Positions 1-14,169 of a stretch of 64,000 nt of DNA are shown here, one piece after another (position 1 is the first letter of the stretch; each line of letters begins with the position of its first letter). The notes below the pieces were generated by a model. It had not been told where the DNA came from, ran no database searches, and saw only the letters and a program-made list of their open reading frames with translations. The position numbers and the translations under genes were made by a program. Source of the DNA: Octopus sinensis (taxonomy: Eukaryota); NCBI RefSeq assembly GCF_006345805.1, contig NC_043003.1, positions 72,478,001-72,542,000 of the forward strand, read 5' to 3'.

Positions 1-40
1 TCTGATCTGATGAATGCGTTGGAACCAACGAATACATGTT

Positions 41-525
41 TTTCTCGACTCGGTGACAGGACATGAAACGTAGATGTATTTTCATGACTCAAAAATGAAG
101 GTCAGTCCATCAGTCTACAGCATGGCGTCACGCCTCTTCTTCAAAGCTCAAAAGTCAGTGATCGATACAAGATGTCATGGTAACTACTTTGGAGGATGAT
201 ATAGTTGTCATTCTCTTCAATTTTCAGAAACGTGTCTGTACTGTGAACAGCAAGCGATGCATTAAAACATTTAAAAGCCTAGAAAAGCCATTATGAGGAA
301 GAGACAGAACAAGAAAGTGAAAACTATATACATTCACCATTACAAAACGTAACCACACCATCTTTGGCAATACATTAGTTGTCTCCATCCACGAGACGGC
401 CTGGAACTGGAACTCCTCTGCATCCACCTGCTCAGTCCAATAAAGGCCAGTCATCAAGGGTAACGATTTGATGATACAAACGAGTGGAAGAAATTGTGAA
501 GACGCGGGAGCAATAGTGCAAGTAT
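41..525 (+). mobile_element. Decayed mariner transposase fragment
   Basis: Manual translation across stops/frameshifts: FLDSVTGHET* (cf. VTGDETW), FKAQKS, VMVT...VILFNF...TVNSKRCIKT, HHYKT*PH (cf. HDNARPH), G*RFDD. Confidence 0.8.
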
Positions 526-1789
526 AAATTTATTGAAAGAGAGTTCGAGATATGGGTTCAGTGATGGTTCACATGTTTCACTTGTGATGGAGACTATGTT
601 GAGAGGTACTTTTTGTAGAGGTACTAGTACTCTATCAACACGTACAATTTGAACGAACTGTAATAGTTAATAGAAAAGTTATGCATATAGGCTTATACAT
701 ATGCGTTTACTCGCACACTCTACACATGCGCACTTACATATACAGATATATTTATATGTGGGTAAAAGTTTACAGTGTGCCATAATAAAATTGCGAAAAC
801 AAATTACAAAAGAGATAACAACAAAAAAGTGAACAAGTAAAATCCCTTCATCAGCTGCCAGTTATATATCTATGTAATCTCCATACCTTTTGACTGTCCT
901 CGTCTCCTAGTGGTGTCAGTAGCATTGAAATCACGAAATTACAAAACAAAACAAAACAAAAAAATTATGAGTTTACATGAAATTTACAGAATAAGATGAT
1001 GACAGGCAAATTACAAGACAAAACAAGGAATACAAAAGGTCTTTCAACTGGAATGAAAACGGTCAGCAAGATATGGAGTAACGCAGAGAAGAAAATTATT
1101 TTGGGACTTACAACCTGAACATAAGTACAGAAACCAAGAATAACGTGAAGAACGACAGAAGGCTACATCCGACACATGCTGATGGCCAAGTGAGTAGAAT
1201 ATTATGGTAAGTGTAACTGGTGTGCGAGCAGCAATTTCCCATAAACCGTACGAGGGACCAACGTAACTAACTCTGCATAACCGAATTACAAAGTCCTTTA
1301 TTACTCTAGGAAGCGGCACATTTTGCGAAATTATAGAATTTATCGTTATTTTACCATGGGGAGTGCAACTCGTTCTCATAGTTAAGAACAATAAACGCAG
1401 TACGTTTATTGTTTTAACTATGTAAATCCTTACATAGGGCCTAGGTTTTTTTATATTAAGTATTAAAAACTTCGAATCAAGTGTATCATAATTTCCAGGA
1501 AATATACAGTAATTTAACGGTAGTCCTGTAATCCTTGACTAACTCAGAGCCTTAGAAGAAGGATTTTGTTTACAGTCACCGGACATAAGGTATATAGGAT
1601 TACACTCCCAGAGCCTACGCTCTCTGAGCCATCGCTTCAGGTTCACCCTTAATAAGGCCGGTGATAGTAAATGCACTGGTCACCAAATTTACAGTGTTTT
1701 CGTTGTTTTCTATTCTCTGTACTAAGCCATTTGTCCCCCTCTTGCCAAAATAAAGAGTCTTATCCTTCTAGAATGTGCTAGTCTTTGTA

Positions 1790-1958
1790 CGAAGAGGTGC
1801 TGAAAAGTTCCTGGCTTTAGGTAAACGGATCTGTTAATTATGATTTTATTCAACATGTCCTCCTCTGACATTCACACACTTATTGCAACGGCCCTTGCGT
1901 TTTTCTCATCCCTGTAAAAGAACACCCTTAAAACCAGGAACTTTTCAGCATCCCCTCG
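1790..1958. mobile_element. Mariner-type MITE (169 bp)
   Basis: TIRs CGAAGAGGTGCTGAAAAGTTCCTGGCTTT / AAAACCAGGAACTTTTCAGCATCCCCTCG; TA on both sides (1788-89, 1959-60). Confidence 0.9.
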
Positions 1959-2029
1959 TACACACATACACACTTTCTCTGTCTCTGTCTGTCTCTCTCT
2001 CTTCCTCTCTCTTTCTCTCTGTCTCCCCC

Positions 2030-2060
<31 letters not shown>

Positions 2061-2395
2061 CTAACATACACCTTAATTTAATTTTCATTTCTGTTTGGGA
2101 GAAAAGCATTGGTGAGTTGTGCCACGATCCGAACCGTTAGCTATTTGATCGGTAATTCAAGACCGTATCAGTTCGGCTATCTTCAGTTCACACTCTTGTA
2201 ATACCAGGAAATTAAGTCAGTCTGTGCAATTAAGATACCAAGAATACTCCGCGTGTTTAGGAATAGTAATTTTATTATTGGCTGATTTGTAACGAATAAT
2301 CCATCTGTTTGGCTTGGAGGAGCGCAAAGTGCGAACTAGTATTTGTCGGCAAACGAGACGGAAAATAGCTTTAACATTTACTTCTTTGAGTACTG

Positions 2396-2497
2396 TATCA
2401 TCATCATCATCATCATCATCATCACTATCATTACCCTCTTCCTCTTCTTTTTTCTTTTTTTCTTCTTCTTATGATTATTATTATTATATTATCATCA

Positions 2498-2569
<72 letters not shown>

Positions 2570-2681
2570 ATATTATTAGTAGTAGTATTATTACTTGTTG
2601 GCAGTGCATGGAAAAGAGCTTTGCAGTTGCTGCTGTTGTGGATATTGCTGAAAATGATGACGACGACGATGATGATGTCGT

Positions 2682-2722
<41 letters not shown>

Positions 2723-2815
2723 ACGATAGCGACGACGACGACGAAGACGATTCCGGCGACAACGATGACGACGAAAAGGAGGAATAGGAGAGGAGGGGGG
2801 AGGAGGGAGAGGAGG
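2396..2815. repeat. Compound trinucleotide microsatellite (TCA/TCT/ATT/GAT/GAC)
   Basis: Directly visible; accounts for the poly-S/I/D/L/M ORFs. Confidence 0.9.
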
Positions 2816-3449
2816 AATTTCTTGATGATATCCGAGCAACTGTTGCTAATTCTTGATCCAACAGACCTATATGATCAATAACATTCCAGTAATAGTTCTC
2901 TCGTGTGTCTTCCAAACATAGTATACCTAAAAAATGATTGTTGTATGCATCCTTTTATACGATAGAGTGTGTGATCTGAGAAATATTTGATTGCTATTTG
3001 TGACAGGTTGATGTTGCAAGTCTGAAAGCTACAGATGTTTTGTGGAATTTTCATGTAGTTACAACTACTATTGTTGCTATCGCTGTTTTTGTGGTTCAAG
3101 TTTCCGTAGTTGTTGGTTAACAGTGATGTAGTTTTCATTATTTAGTTGTAGAATATATTGTTGTTCATGTCGTTGTTATTATTGTTTTTGGTTAATTGCT
3201 TTTTATTCTTTTCATTGTCGGGTCAAAGCAGGTAGTCAGTCCGACAGATTTACATCTCTAGGCATACTATAGCTCTGTCCTCGAGTTCAGGGCCACTTAT
3301 TGGCAGAAGTAGATTAGATCTGGAACAATCCTCCTTACTCTTCACTTATCAATGCTCATGTGTATCCAAGCACACTATCGATTTATTGATGCTTTTGTTG
3401 TTGTTGCTGCTGCTGCTGCTGTTGTTGTTGTTGTTGTTGTTGCTGCTGC

Positions 3450-3484
<35 letters not shown>

Positions 3485-3888
3485 TTGTTGTTGGTGGTGG
3501 TGGTGGGCAAGGGAAAATATGTAAAGAAATAAAACAGTTCAGTGTATTTTACTCTTACTTAAATATTCGATCATTAGTGAAAGAGAAAGTCGACCAACAT
3601 GAAGTCGATCAACTGCGACGGTCGAAAGAAAATATAATACTATAAAAAGCTCGTCTCTTACTCCCTCAATTCCGTTCTTTTCCACGAGTCACTCTTCATC
3701 AATCACAGATATTATTCTAAAAAGACAGCAGTTAAAGAGAATACGAATATATTATGGCATATATATTTAAATAGATATCAGCGTGTTGAAAAAAGAATTT
3801 GAACCTAACACAATTTCAGCTTGAAACTTAGAGACAACTCACATATATAATGTCTTTACTTAGTGTAACTAACTCTGGTATATAGAAT

Positions 3889-4146
3889 CTAACAGTTAGT
3901 TAGAATGGTAGATTCCTCAGTTATCTGGTTAATAGAGTAGCCAGTGAAACTAAATCCCAATGTTAGTATAGGTGAATGATTAAGCTTTGTCAACAATTGC
4001 AAGATACCAGGTTTGATGCCTTTGTGTGTCATCTTGGGTGAGTCTTTTACGATAGCTTCGAGTCGAGTCGCCAAAGCTTTGTAGGTGAAGCCTGGCAGAC
4101 GAAAATAGTATGGAGTCCCTTCAAATGAATTATACTTGTAATTCAA
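3889..4146 (-). mobile_element. Possible decayed PIF/Harbinger transposase N-terminal fragment
   Basis: YFRLPGFTYKALATRLEAIVKD...LTLGFSFTGYSINQITEES loosely matches the Harbinger YxRM..F..L...I.K.D...L.F.FR.G.STI..I.ET pattern; by eye only. Confidence 0.25.
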
Positions 4147-5214
4147 AGGTTCTTTTTATGTCACGCTGAATCTGTTTTAGAATTTACGTAAAGGGTAACT
4201 GTTTCTGTGGAATATTCGGTCATATATACGCTAATTCAATGAACAGGTAATTCAACTGATCGGACAACTTCATATTCATAATCGAAACGGATAAGAGACC
4301 CGTTACTATTAGATCAGTACCATTAGGGTTGGAGCTATTGGTCTCCTGGGACCGATATAACTATAACCCTGATGCCGAGGACTTGGACTGCAACATTCCA
4401 CCACGTTCACTCCTTACAGTTTCTGCGCTTGCTTGAATGTTACATTTTAATATTTAAACGCGAGTTATTTCGATATCACAAATGTCAACTATTCCACATT
4501 CAAACACAAACCCTGTTACATATAATGAGCCACAAATACAAACCCTGTCCCATATAACGAACCCCAAGCACAAGCTCTGTTCCATATAATGAACTTCAAA
4601 TAAAAATCCCATCCCATCTAATAAACGACAAATACAAATCCTGTTCCTTATAATCAACTTAGGCGTGTGAAATATATTAAAAATAGCAATTTCGTAATAG
4701 TCCAACTTACCTACAACTAAACGTTGTTGCTACTGCTGTTACTGTGGTTAATTGTTGTTGTTGTAGTTTTATAGCCCTAAGTAAGTCCTGATCGAGAAAG
4801 CAGCGTTATTCTATATAAGCACATTAATGGAAGCAACCAAACTCCTTTTTTCATATCATAGGAAATTTTATGCTGTAAGCAAATTAGGAGAAAGATTTGG
4901 ACGTCGGAGGAAATGCCTTCCAATATTTATATTATCGACTTCATTCAAATCACTACAGAATTTGGGTGGGAATCATTCTTTTCTTATACTTAAACTTCGT
5001 TCTGATAATACATACATACATACATACATACATACATACATGCATACATACATACACACACTATCAGAATGCTGATAGTGTTACAGGGTTAAACTTAGTG
5101 GGTATTTAAGCATTATGTTCGGGGCTAGTTAATGGATTGGGTGTAATGCTAAAGAAGGAAGAATAACTCCTGAAATATGCATATACACCCATTACCTATT
5201 TTTTCTCTTCCAGC

Positions 5215-6266
5215 CTGGAAGCCGTTTTCCATAGGCGGGTCGAGGACCTTCTGTGATTCGCTTTAGATCTCGACAACGATGTTACAACGGTGACCTTTGA
5301 ACTGCATTTTCCTCTTGAGGAAGAGATGGAAGCCCGTAGGAGTTAAATCTGGCGAATAGGAGGGGTGCGGAGGCGAGACCATGTTGCTTTTGACGAGAAA
5401 CTTACGAGTGAGGAGAGCTCAGTGACATGGTGCATTGTCATCGTGAAGAAACCAGTTCTTCGCGCTCCACAGATCCGGTCACTTTCGCGGAATGTCCTCC
5501 GTAAAACGCTTCAAAACGTCGCAGTAGAACCCTCGATTGACGGTCTGGTGCTGAAGGAGGAATTTTATATGCACAATACCGCAGATGTCGAAAACAACGA
5601 TCAGCATACTCTTGATCGAGCTGAGGTTCAGCCGTGCCTTCTTCGGTCGTGAAGATGAACGCCTCTTCCATTGTAACGACTGCTGCTTCGTCTCAGGATC
5701 GTACTTGGAGCCAACACTCAGCAGAATGGGTCATCAACGCTCTCGGAGATCTTGACGGACTTCGATGCGATGTTTTTCTACTCAGTGGTTAGCAAGTGGG
5801 GGATAAACTTGGCAAAGACTCTCGCCACATGTTCAATTCAGACGTTAGGATCAACATCATCAGGAATGTCGTTGATTGTCCTGCGACGATCCTCATGCAC
5901 AAGCTGATGAATTTTCTCCACATTTCCGGGTGTGATGCTCGTGGCTGGTCTTTCAGATCACTCATCATCATCCACGCACGTTCTTCCGCTTTTGAAGCAC
6001 TCTTGTCACTCGAAACATTGCGTACGACTCATTGCCTCGTCGCTTGCCTAAGTATGCTCAATGTCTCTGTAGTTTAACGTAAAATTTCACGTTGGCTCAT
6101 TGTCCGGTCCATGACAAAATCGCAGACTACAGCATACACATAATCACAAAAACACAAATTTCAAAACTTGTGAAGTAAACACAGCGATGTCACACGGCGA
6201 ACTGCCTCTTGAAGGTCAATGCTAGCTCTCACTAGTACTAGTCCGGAAACTTTTTAATACTATCAC

Positions 6267-6267
<1 letters not shown>
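5215..6267 (-). mobile_element. Mariner element with disrupted transposase and 5' TIR
   Basis: Minus frame YDPETKQQSLQWK...KSMLIVVFDICGIVH...WFLHDDNAPCH*...PHPSYSPDL; N-terminus MDRTM; TIR at 6239-6267. Confidence 0.9.
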
Positions 6268-6331
<64 letters not shown>

Positions 6332-6332
<1 letters not shown>

Positions 6333-6360
6333 GAGATAATATTAAAAAGTTCCCGGACTA
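6332..6360 (+). mobile_element. Solo mariner TIR of the same family
   Basis: TA+CGAGATAATATTAAAAAGTTCCCGGACTA is the reverse complement of 6239-6267 with 3 mismatches. Confidence 0.7.
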
Positions 6361-6747
6361 TATATGTGTGTATTTGTGTGTGTGTGTGTGTGAGTGTGTG
6401 TGTGTGTGTGCGTGTGTGGAAGTTTGACACCAGTACTTGGTCCTTAGGTACCCTTCGAAGAGTTCCCTCTGTTACAAACAATCCAGCTTTTGCGGATACG
6501 TTACCTAATCGTTCCTAATCGTTCCTAATCGTTTCGAAATCCCGGTAAAGGGTCATGGACAGTTCTCTACACCTAACTAAGCAATAAGAAATAACTGTAA
6601 TCCAAAAATTTCTTCTAGACACGTATCAAATAAGTTACTGGTATCTTTATAAAGATCTGATATTAAGAGACAAAAAAATTGGGAAGTGGAGTCCTCCATG
6701 CCTTTGATAAGACGAATTATTGACGTAAACAGTTTGATCAACCCAGA

Positions 6748-6840
6748 CCTATAGCAGAAGACACTTGCCCAAGGTGCCATGCAGCGGGACTGTACCCGGA
6801 ACCATGTGGTTGGAAATTAGACTCCTTACCATACAGTCAG
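6748..6840 (-). mobile_element. tRNA-SINE 5' fragment
   Basis: AGAAGACACTTGCCCAAGGTGCC...GGAACCATGTGGTTGG is the reverse complement of the SINE at 63818-63968. Confidence 0.7.
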
Positions 6841-7096
6841 AACGAGGCGAGAAGAATTCTTTAAGGCTGACAAAACGAGTGACTCCCATCCAAATTCTTT
6901 AGTGATAGAACAGAAGGCATGTCTACAAATGGAGATTGAAATCGAAGCTCAGTCCCCGTTGTATGACAACATTTTTACCTTTGAATATCAGTCAATACGC
7001 CCGCTTGAGTAATGTCATCCACGTTGCTTTATATGACTCTTTATCTTTTCTTTGTTTGCAAGAGTCTGCATGTGTGTTTGTGTGTCTCTGTATGTG

Positions 7097-7127
<31 letters not shown>

Positions 7128-7371
7128 CGTGTGTGCGTGCATATGTATGTTTGCACAAACACACATACACGCATATACATATATACATAGACACATATAT
7201 GCATTCTTATAAATGATACGCATTCCTACCCACTTAGTTGTTTCCAACCTTCACAGCCAGCTACTCAAATACCTACATACCATCATAAATATCCAACTAC
7301 CATCGTACATTACTACATTCATTGTAATATTTACACACATGAATAAATAACTACATATATTATCTGTACAC

Positions 7372-7406
<35 letters not shown>

Positions 7407-7449
7407 ATGTGTGCGTGTGTGTATCTGTGTATACTTACATACACACACA

Positions 7450-7566
<117 letters not shown>

Positions 7567-7574
7567 GTGTGTGT

Positions 7575-7958
7575 GGAAGCGCATTGGCCCAGTGGTTAGG
7601 GCAGCAGACTCGTGGTCGTAGAATCGCGGTTTCGATTCCCAAACCGGGCGTTGTGAGTGTTTATTGAGCGAAAACACCTAAATCTCCACGTGGCTCTGGA
7701 AGGGGTGGGGGTGGGGCTGAATCATGCTGTACTCTTTCACCACACCTTTCTCTCACTATTTCTTCTTGTTTCTGTAGTACCTATATTTCACAGGGCCAAC
7801 CTTGTCACGCTCTGTGTCATGTTGAATATCCCTGAGAACTATGTTAAGGGTACACGTGTCTGTGGGGTGCTCAGCCACTTGCACGCTAATTTCACGAGCA
7901 GGCTGTTCCGTTGATCGGATCAACTGGAAACCTCGTCGTTGTAACCGACGGAATGCCA

Positions 7959-7961
<3 letters not shown>
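7575..7961 (+). mobile_element. Full-length tRNA-derived SINE (family A)
   Basis: A box TGGCCCAGTGG, B-box-like GTTTCGATTCC; tail ...GTAACCGACGGAATGCCAC also seen at 36533-36614; flanked by (TG)n/(TA)n. Confidence 0.9.
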
Positions 7962-7995
<34 letters not shown>

Positions 7996-8146
7996 ATGAG
8001 ATGTACATAGCTTAAAGTTCCGCTGCCCTTTTTTTTTTATTCGTGTTTCTTTGACGAATATCAACGATTACCAATATACACTTTGAATAAATCCGGTGTG
8101 TAATTTGATTTTTAATGTGTGCGTTTATCTGTGTATGTGGGAGGTG

Positions 8147-8213
<67 letters not shown>

Positions 8214-8334
8214 CACCTCTGAAATGTTTGTATTAGCACTTCCGACGCAAATGCCAAGCAGTACAGAATGTCGTTTCCAAATTTCTGGCAGAGTGACTTG
8301 CGTCATGATGCTGTTTTTCTCACAGACAGTGCCC

Positions 8335-10002
8335 AACTGATCCTACTCTGCGAAACTTCTTATCTGTAAGTATGAGATGATGGGGAATCACACATACTTT
8401 GAACAGTGGCAATGAATCTTTCAATATTGATGTAAGAATGTATTGTGACATTTTCCAAGGTGACTCTCTATCACCACTCTTCTTTTGTCTAGCCTTAATA
8501 CCACTTTCAAAATTGCTCGACAATGTACAATATAGCTAAAAAATGCTTGATAAAAATATAAATCATCTCTTTTACATGGATGATTTAAAGCGCCTTGCAA
8601 AAAGTGACCAACAACCACAGGGATTACTAGCAATTGTCAAACAGTTGTGCAAAAGGTATCTTTATTAGAGGAAAAATGATAGAAACATCCAACGTTAATC
8701 TTGACCAATAGGATGTCATAAAGGAGTTATAACCAGTGCAGGGCTACAAATACCTAGGCAATATTTGAAGGTGATAGAATGAAACATTCAATGATGAAGG
8801 AAAAGATCAGAAAAGAATTTTTCGCAGGGTAAGGGCAATACTCAAGACAGAGTTAAATGCAAGAAACAGGATCGAAGCGATCAATACCTTAGCCATGTCG
8901 GTCATGACTCACAGTTCCAATAACTGTTCAATTACTGAAATCTGCAATCTTGACAAACAAATATGAGAATTGTTGTCAATGCACCACTGTAAGGCAGATA
9001 TAGAACGACTTTACCTGCCAAGAAAAGAGGGTGGCCGTGGACTTTTACAAATTGAATGAACAATGAAAATTCTCACAATTAGCCCAAACACCTACCTGAA
9101 AAAATTTGATGTCTGTTAAAACTTGTCTTAAAGCACGAAAATAAGAAAACACCATACTCAGTAACAAAACAGGCAAAGGAATATCTAAGTGAATTCCAAA
9201 TACAACTAATCCCAGAATTAGGCGTACTGGAAACAAGCACAGAAAAAACTAAGCGTATGAAAACCAGCTAAAACTGCCTTAGATATTCTTACTGATAAAT
9301 GGCAAGAGAAACCTCTCAATGGCAAATATCCAAAGCAAGTTAAAAACGCTGATGTTGACAAAGCCTTTACCCATCAATGGGTAGTGTCTTCAGGCTTAAA
9401 ATCAGAGACAGTGGGGTTTATCATAACAGTTCAATATCAATACCTACTTACAATAAGCTACCAGGCCGACATCTTAAAGAACGGCAGTAGCTCAACATAT
9501 CGTGAATGTAAACAACAAAATGAAACCATTGATTATGTTGTCTCCATGTGCAACTTTTTTTCGCGTACAGAGTATCTCAACAGCATGATAGAGCAGCACA
9601 GTATATTCACTGATTAATTTGCAAAGACTTGGACCTAGCCATCGTAGAAACGTGTGGGAACACAAAACACCGTCAGTGCTTGAAAATGGCTACAACTCAC
9701 TCCTTTAGAATTTCCACGTCCAAACTGACAGAAAGGTAGATGTTAAATAGGCCAGACGTTATATTGAAAGAGTTCAGACAAATATCATGCCACCTCATCG
9801 ATATGACTGTCCCAATCGACATAACTGTATCTGTAAAGACCTACCAACAACTGAACAAGTATAATGATCTTGGAAAAGAAATTGGCAAAATGTGGAATCT
9901 CAAGACTAAAACAATACCTGTTGTAATAGGTGCCATAGGAATGGTAGCAAAAGAGGCTGATTACTACTTAGCTCAGATACCAGGAAATCCAAAAATGGAA
10001 GA
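8335..10002 (+). mobile_element. Old R4/Dong-type RLE LINE copy lacking its 3' end
   Basis: GIFQGDSLSP-like and YMDDLK RT motifs, LKSETVGFI, NRPD...LIDMTVP, K..KY; many stops. Confidence 0.85.
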
Positions 10003-11456
10003 GTGAGAGCAATACTCAAGACAGAGCTGAATGCAAGAAACAGGATCGAAGCGATCAATGCATTAGCCATACCAGTCGTGACTTACAGTTTCAATATCGT
10101 TAACTGGTCAATTACTGAAATATGTCAGCTCGACAGAAAAATAAGAAAACTGTTGACAATGCATAGAATGCACCACCCTAAGGCAGATACAGAACGACTT
10201 TATCTGCCAAGAAAAGAGGGAGGCCGTGGTCTTTTGCAACTGGCAATAACAATGAAGATTGCTACAATTGGCCTAGGCACCTACCTGAAAAAGTCTGAGG
10301 ACTGGATGTTAAAACTTGTCTCAAAACATGAAAACAAGAAAGCATCATACTCAGTAACAAAATAGGCAAAGGAATATCTAAGTGAATTCCGAATACAACA
10401 AATTTCGGAATTAGAGATAGACATACAAGATACAAGCACAGAAAAAGCTAGGCGCATGAAAACCCGTGCCAAAACTGCGGCCTTAGATATTCTGAATAAT
10501 AAATGGCAAGAAAAACCTCTCTATGGCAAATACCCAAAGAGAGCGAATAATGCAGATATTGACAAAGCCCTGACCCATCAATGGCTAATGGCCTCTGGCT
10601 TAAAATCTGAAACAGAAGGGTTTATCATAGCAGCTCAAGATCAATGCCTACCAACAAGAAACTACCAGGTCAACATATTAAAGAACGGCAGTAGCCCAAC
10701 ATGTCGTGTATGCCGACAACAAAATGAAACAATTGATCATGTTGTCTCCAAATGCAGTCTTCTAGCGCCTACAGAGTACCTCAACAGGCATGATAGAGCT
10801 GCACAATATATTCACTGGGTAATTTGCAAAAACCTGGATTTGCCCCATGAAAAAATTGGTGGGAACACAATCCACCTCCAGTGCTTGAAAATGACCATAT
10901 CTCACTCCTCTGGAACTTCACCATGCAAACTGACGGAAAAATAGATGCAAATAGGCCAGACATCATATTGAAAGACTTCAGACAAAGAACATGCCTCCTC
11001 ATTGATATGACTGTCCCAATCGATATAAACGTATCTGTCAAGACCTACCAAAAACTGAGCAAATATAAAGATCTTGAAATAGAAATCAGCAAAATGTGGA
11101 ACCTGAAGACTAAAACAATACCTGTTGTCATAGGTGCCCTGGGAATGATAGCGAAAGGAGCTGATTGCTACTTAACTCAGATACCAGGAAACCCCAAAAT
11201 GGCAGAAATTCAAAAGATAGTGCTCATGGGAACTGCTCATATCCTAGGCAAAATACTCTCTATGTAATCCCAAGGTTTAAAACAAACTTTTTTTTTAATT
11301 TATGTATTTGACATTCACTAGTACAACACCAAAAAAACTCAAATATATGGCACACTAGGCATAACAACAACGTGAACTTCCAACCTGTTGTCTCTTGAGG
11401 TCTCTGGGTGAGACTTGGAGCCAACTTGTACAGACATAAAGCAAAAGTCAAACATA
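10003..11456 (+). mobile_element. 5'-truncated R4/Dong-type RLE LINE with complete 3' UTR
   Basis: ORFs 10003-10365, 10456-10944, 10881-11267: RT thumb, CCHC knuckle CRVC..ETIDH...C, RPD..ID..K..KY restriction-like endonuclease; ends at (AAT)n. Confidence 0.95.
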
Positions 11457-11541
<85 letters not shown>

Positions 11542-11593
11542 AATAATAATAATAATAATGATGATGATGATGATGATGATAATAATAATAATA

Positions 11594-11785
11594 GATCAAA
11601 GATGTATATCGTCAGCCACTAAGGGACATGCTCAAACAAATGACAAACAAAACTGTAGTATTGAGCAGAATATTTGCTGTAGCCAAACTTTCATACCAAG
11701 ACAAAACAATGTACATGACATCACTTCCAATCAGTTAAGATCAGAAACTACGAGTGCCACTGCCTGGTATTGCATCAGGGCATTT
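11594..11785. mobile_element. Terminal fragment of the ~556-bp (TAA)n-embedded element
   Basis: Matches the last ~190 bp of 61068-61623 and 62988-63538, ending CATCAGGGCATTT. Confidence 0.85.
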
Positions 11786-11816
11786 ATCATCATCATCATC
11801 ATCATCATTATTATTA

Positions 11817-11892
<76 letters not shown>

Positions 11893-11906
11893 CATTATTA
11901 TTATCC

Positions 11907-11959
<53 letters not shown>

Positions 11960-12429
11960 ATTATTATTATTATCATCATCATCATCGTCGTCGTCGTCGT
12001 CTTCTTCTTCTTCTTCTACGTCTTCTTCTTCTTCTTCTTCTCCTGATACGCTATACACATAACTAAATCTGTCGTCGTTGAATACGAAAATTTTAACCTA
12101 TTCCTGTTTAGAATTCCGTGGTATCTATCGTAGGATGGAAAATTCCTATTTAACAATGAGCTGTGAGTTTAGTCAGCTCCATGTTCATTGAAACTGACTC
12201 ATTTTAAATTATGTAATATATCTACATCTGTTCATGTTTCTATGAATCCTTCCACTGTTATTAATATAATGCATTATACCTAAATTATTGTATTAGAAAG
12301 AACGACACTTATTTTCCTCATTGGCGTAAATTCTCGAAAGCATCAACGATATATTCCTAAGTTTATTATTTTTATTCCTATAGAAAAAGCAACAGAAAGT
12401 GTACGGTAAAACTGCTGTTGGATGTTGAG

Positions 12430-12466
12430 TATCCAACGTTTCGGACATCTCCCTTCTTCAAGGTAA
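12430..12466 (-). ncRNA. Degenerate minimal hammerhead-like motif
   Basis: Minus strand CC-UUGAAGA-A-GG(GAGAUGU)CC-GAAACGUU-GG; core position C3 reads U, stems very short. Confidence 0.35.
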
Positions 12467-12599
12467 AGTTGACTGGAGGGAAAGACGGCAGAGTTTATAT
12501 CTATGTTTGAGAAATTGACTGTAACTGCTGAGGAATGCAAGACAATATGTTTGAAGATCATTCTAAGTTATAAATCGTACCTTTAAATTTTAGATTAAA

Positions 12600-12993
12600 C
12601 TAGCAGTATCACCCGGCGTTGCTCGGGTTTGTAAGGGAAATAACTATATAAGCATTTTTAGAGATGTAAAGTATAATAGCCATCTCAATATGGCTAACCA
12701 CAAAGGGGTGTGTTACTGTAGTTTTTACGTTCTGAGATTTAATAATACATTTTTAGAGAGTTACTTCTCTTATATAATAGCCAAAAAATGCATTAAAAAT
12801 GGGAAAAAATGATGGTAATTTTTTTTTTAAATCGTAGACTCATTGTAGACGCGCACTAATACACAGAAGGGCTCGATATGAATCACAACTATAATATACC
12901 CGCTTTTGGTTACACTGCACCACAAAATGTGGGAGTAGTTAGGAATCTAAATCGTAGGAGACAGACACACAACTTCACTTTTATATATAAAGA
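12600..12993 (-). mobile_element. Non-autonomous Helitron
   Basis: Minus strand: A|TC 5' end, 3' hairpin CCCGAGCAACGCCGGG, CTAG|T end; second copy at 34904-35303. Confidence 0.9.
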
Positions 12994-13343
12994 TGTATGT
13001 TCAGCAAAAGAAATTGAGAATTGGAGTTTTTCATAAGAGAATGAGTGACAATGTCAAACTCTTTTTTAAAAATTGCAGTACATCCAATTTAGAAGTATTA
13101 TTATATCGTATATTTATATACTACATTTTGACGTTGACATTGTTTCAATTAGCTATTATCAATTACTCTTAAGGTCAAACAAATCTGTGGTGTTGAGCAG
13201 AATATTTGCTGTTATATTGCAACATATTTAGTAGATGGATTTAAAGAGTTATTATTTGATTAAGAGATTTGAATAGATTTGTTGCTTTCCGGAAAATGGC
13301 AAGTTTTTGGATTAGTTGAACGTTGCCTTCAGACCACTACACA

Positions 13344-13440
<97 letters not shown>

Positions 13441-14169
13441 ATATATATCTTTTTTTTCAAACGTAATTTGTTTCATTTTTACTGCATATATTTTCTACTA
13501 TGCGTACTTATTTTATTTCTATAATCATTTCGTATGTTATATTTAAACCCGAAACGACTTCCACATTACTTTCAATCGAATTAATTTAATAACTACAATT
13601 GATAAGTAAGTAATTATTATTTGGTTGACAATGTCTAGAAACAGTTGTAGGGCAAATAGAATTTTTGAAACATCACTAAACTCAATTTTCTTTTATTTTC
13701 CTTTTCTTTCATATATATGTGTGTACATATGTGCGTGTATATGTAGTGTACATGTGTGTGTGCGCGCATGGTGTGTGCGCGCATGGTGTGTGTATGCGTG
13801 CTCGCGTGTGTGTGCAACGCTGATGCCATTCAGCCTAAGTGCATACATAAGTGTATGGTGAGCGGAAGCAGACACGAGGCTGAAAGATTAGTCAAATAAA
13901 CAAGACAAGACAGCTTCTTCTTCAGTGGTAATTTATCCATCATTATGTCAGTTGAAGTGTTGTTCACCTGAGAACCATCTATACAGTAGAAACTTTTCAC
14001 ATATGTCTAACCAGCCACCTACCTCCCTAAGCATATACAGTATAGAGGTATACACAAACGCTGCGATCACACATAAGTACGTATGCATATATAGACACAT
14101 AGACACGTGTAAACATATGCTTGTAAGTGAATGTGTGTAAGCATGTGCATGTATATATATATATATATA

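Noticed and set aside
1641-1695. Hammerhead-like hairpin GCCGGTG/CACTGGT
   Set aside because: A stem is present but both catalytic core strands (CUGANGA, GAAA) are absent.
7575-7650. tRNA genes
   Set aside because: A/B boxes continue into SINE bodies; no complete cloverleaf or Pol III terminator. Same for the other SINE heads.
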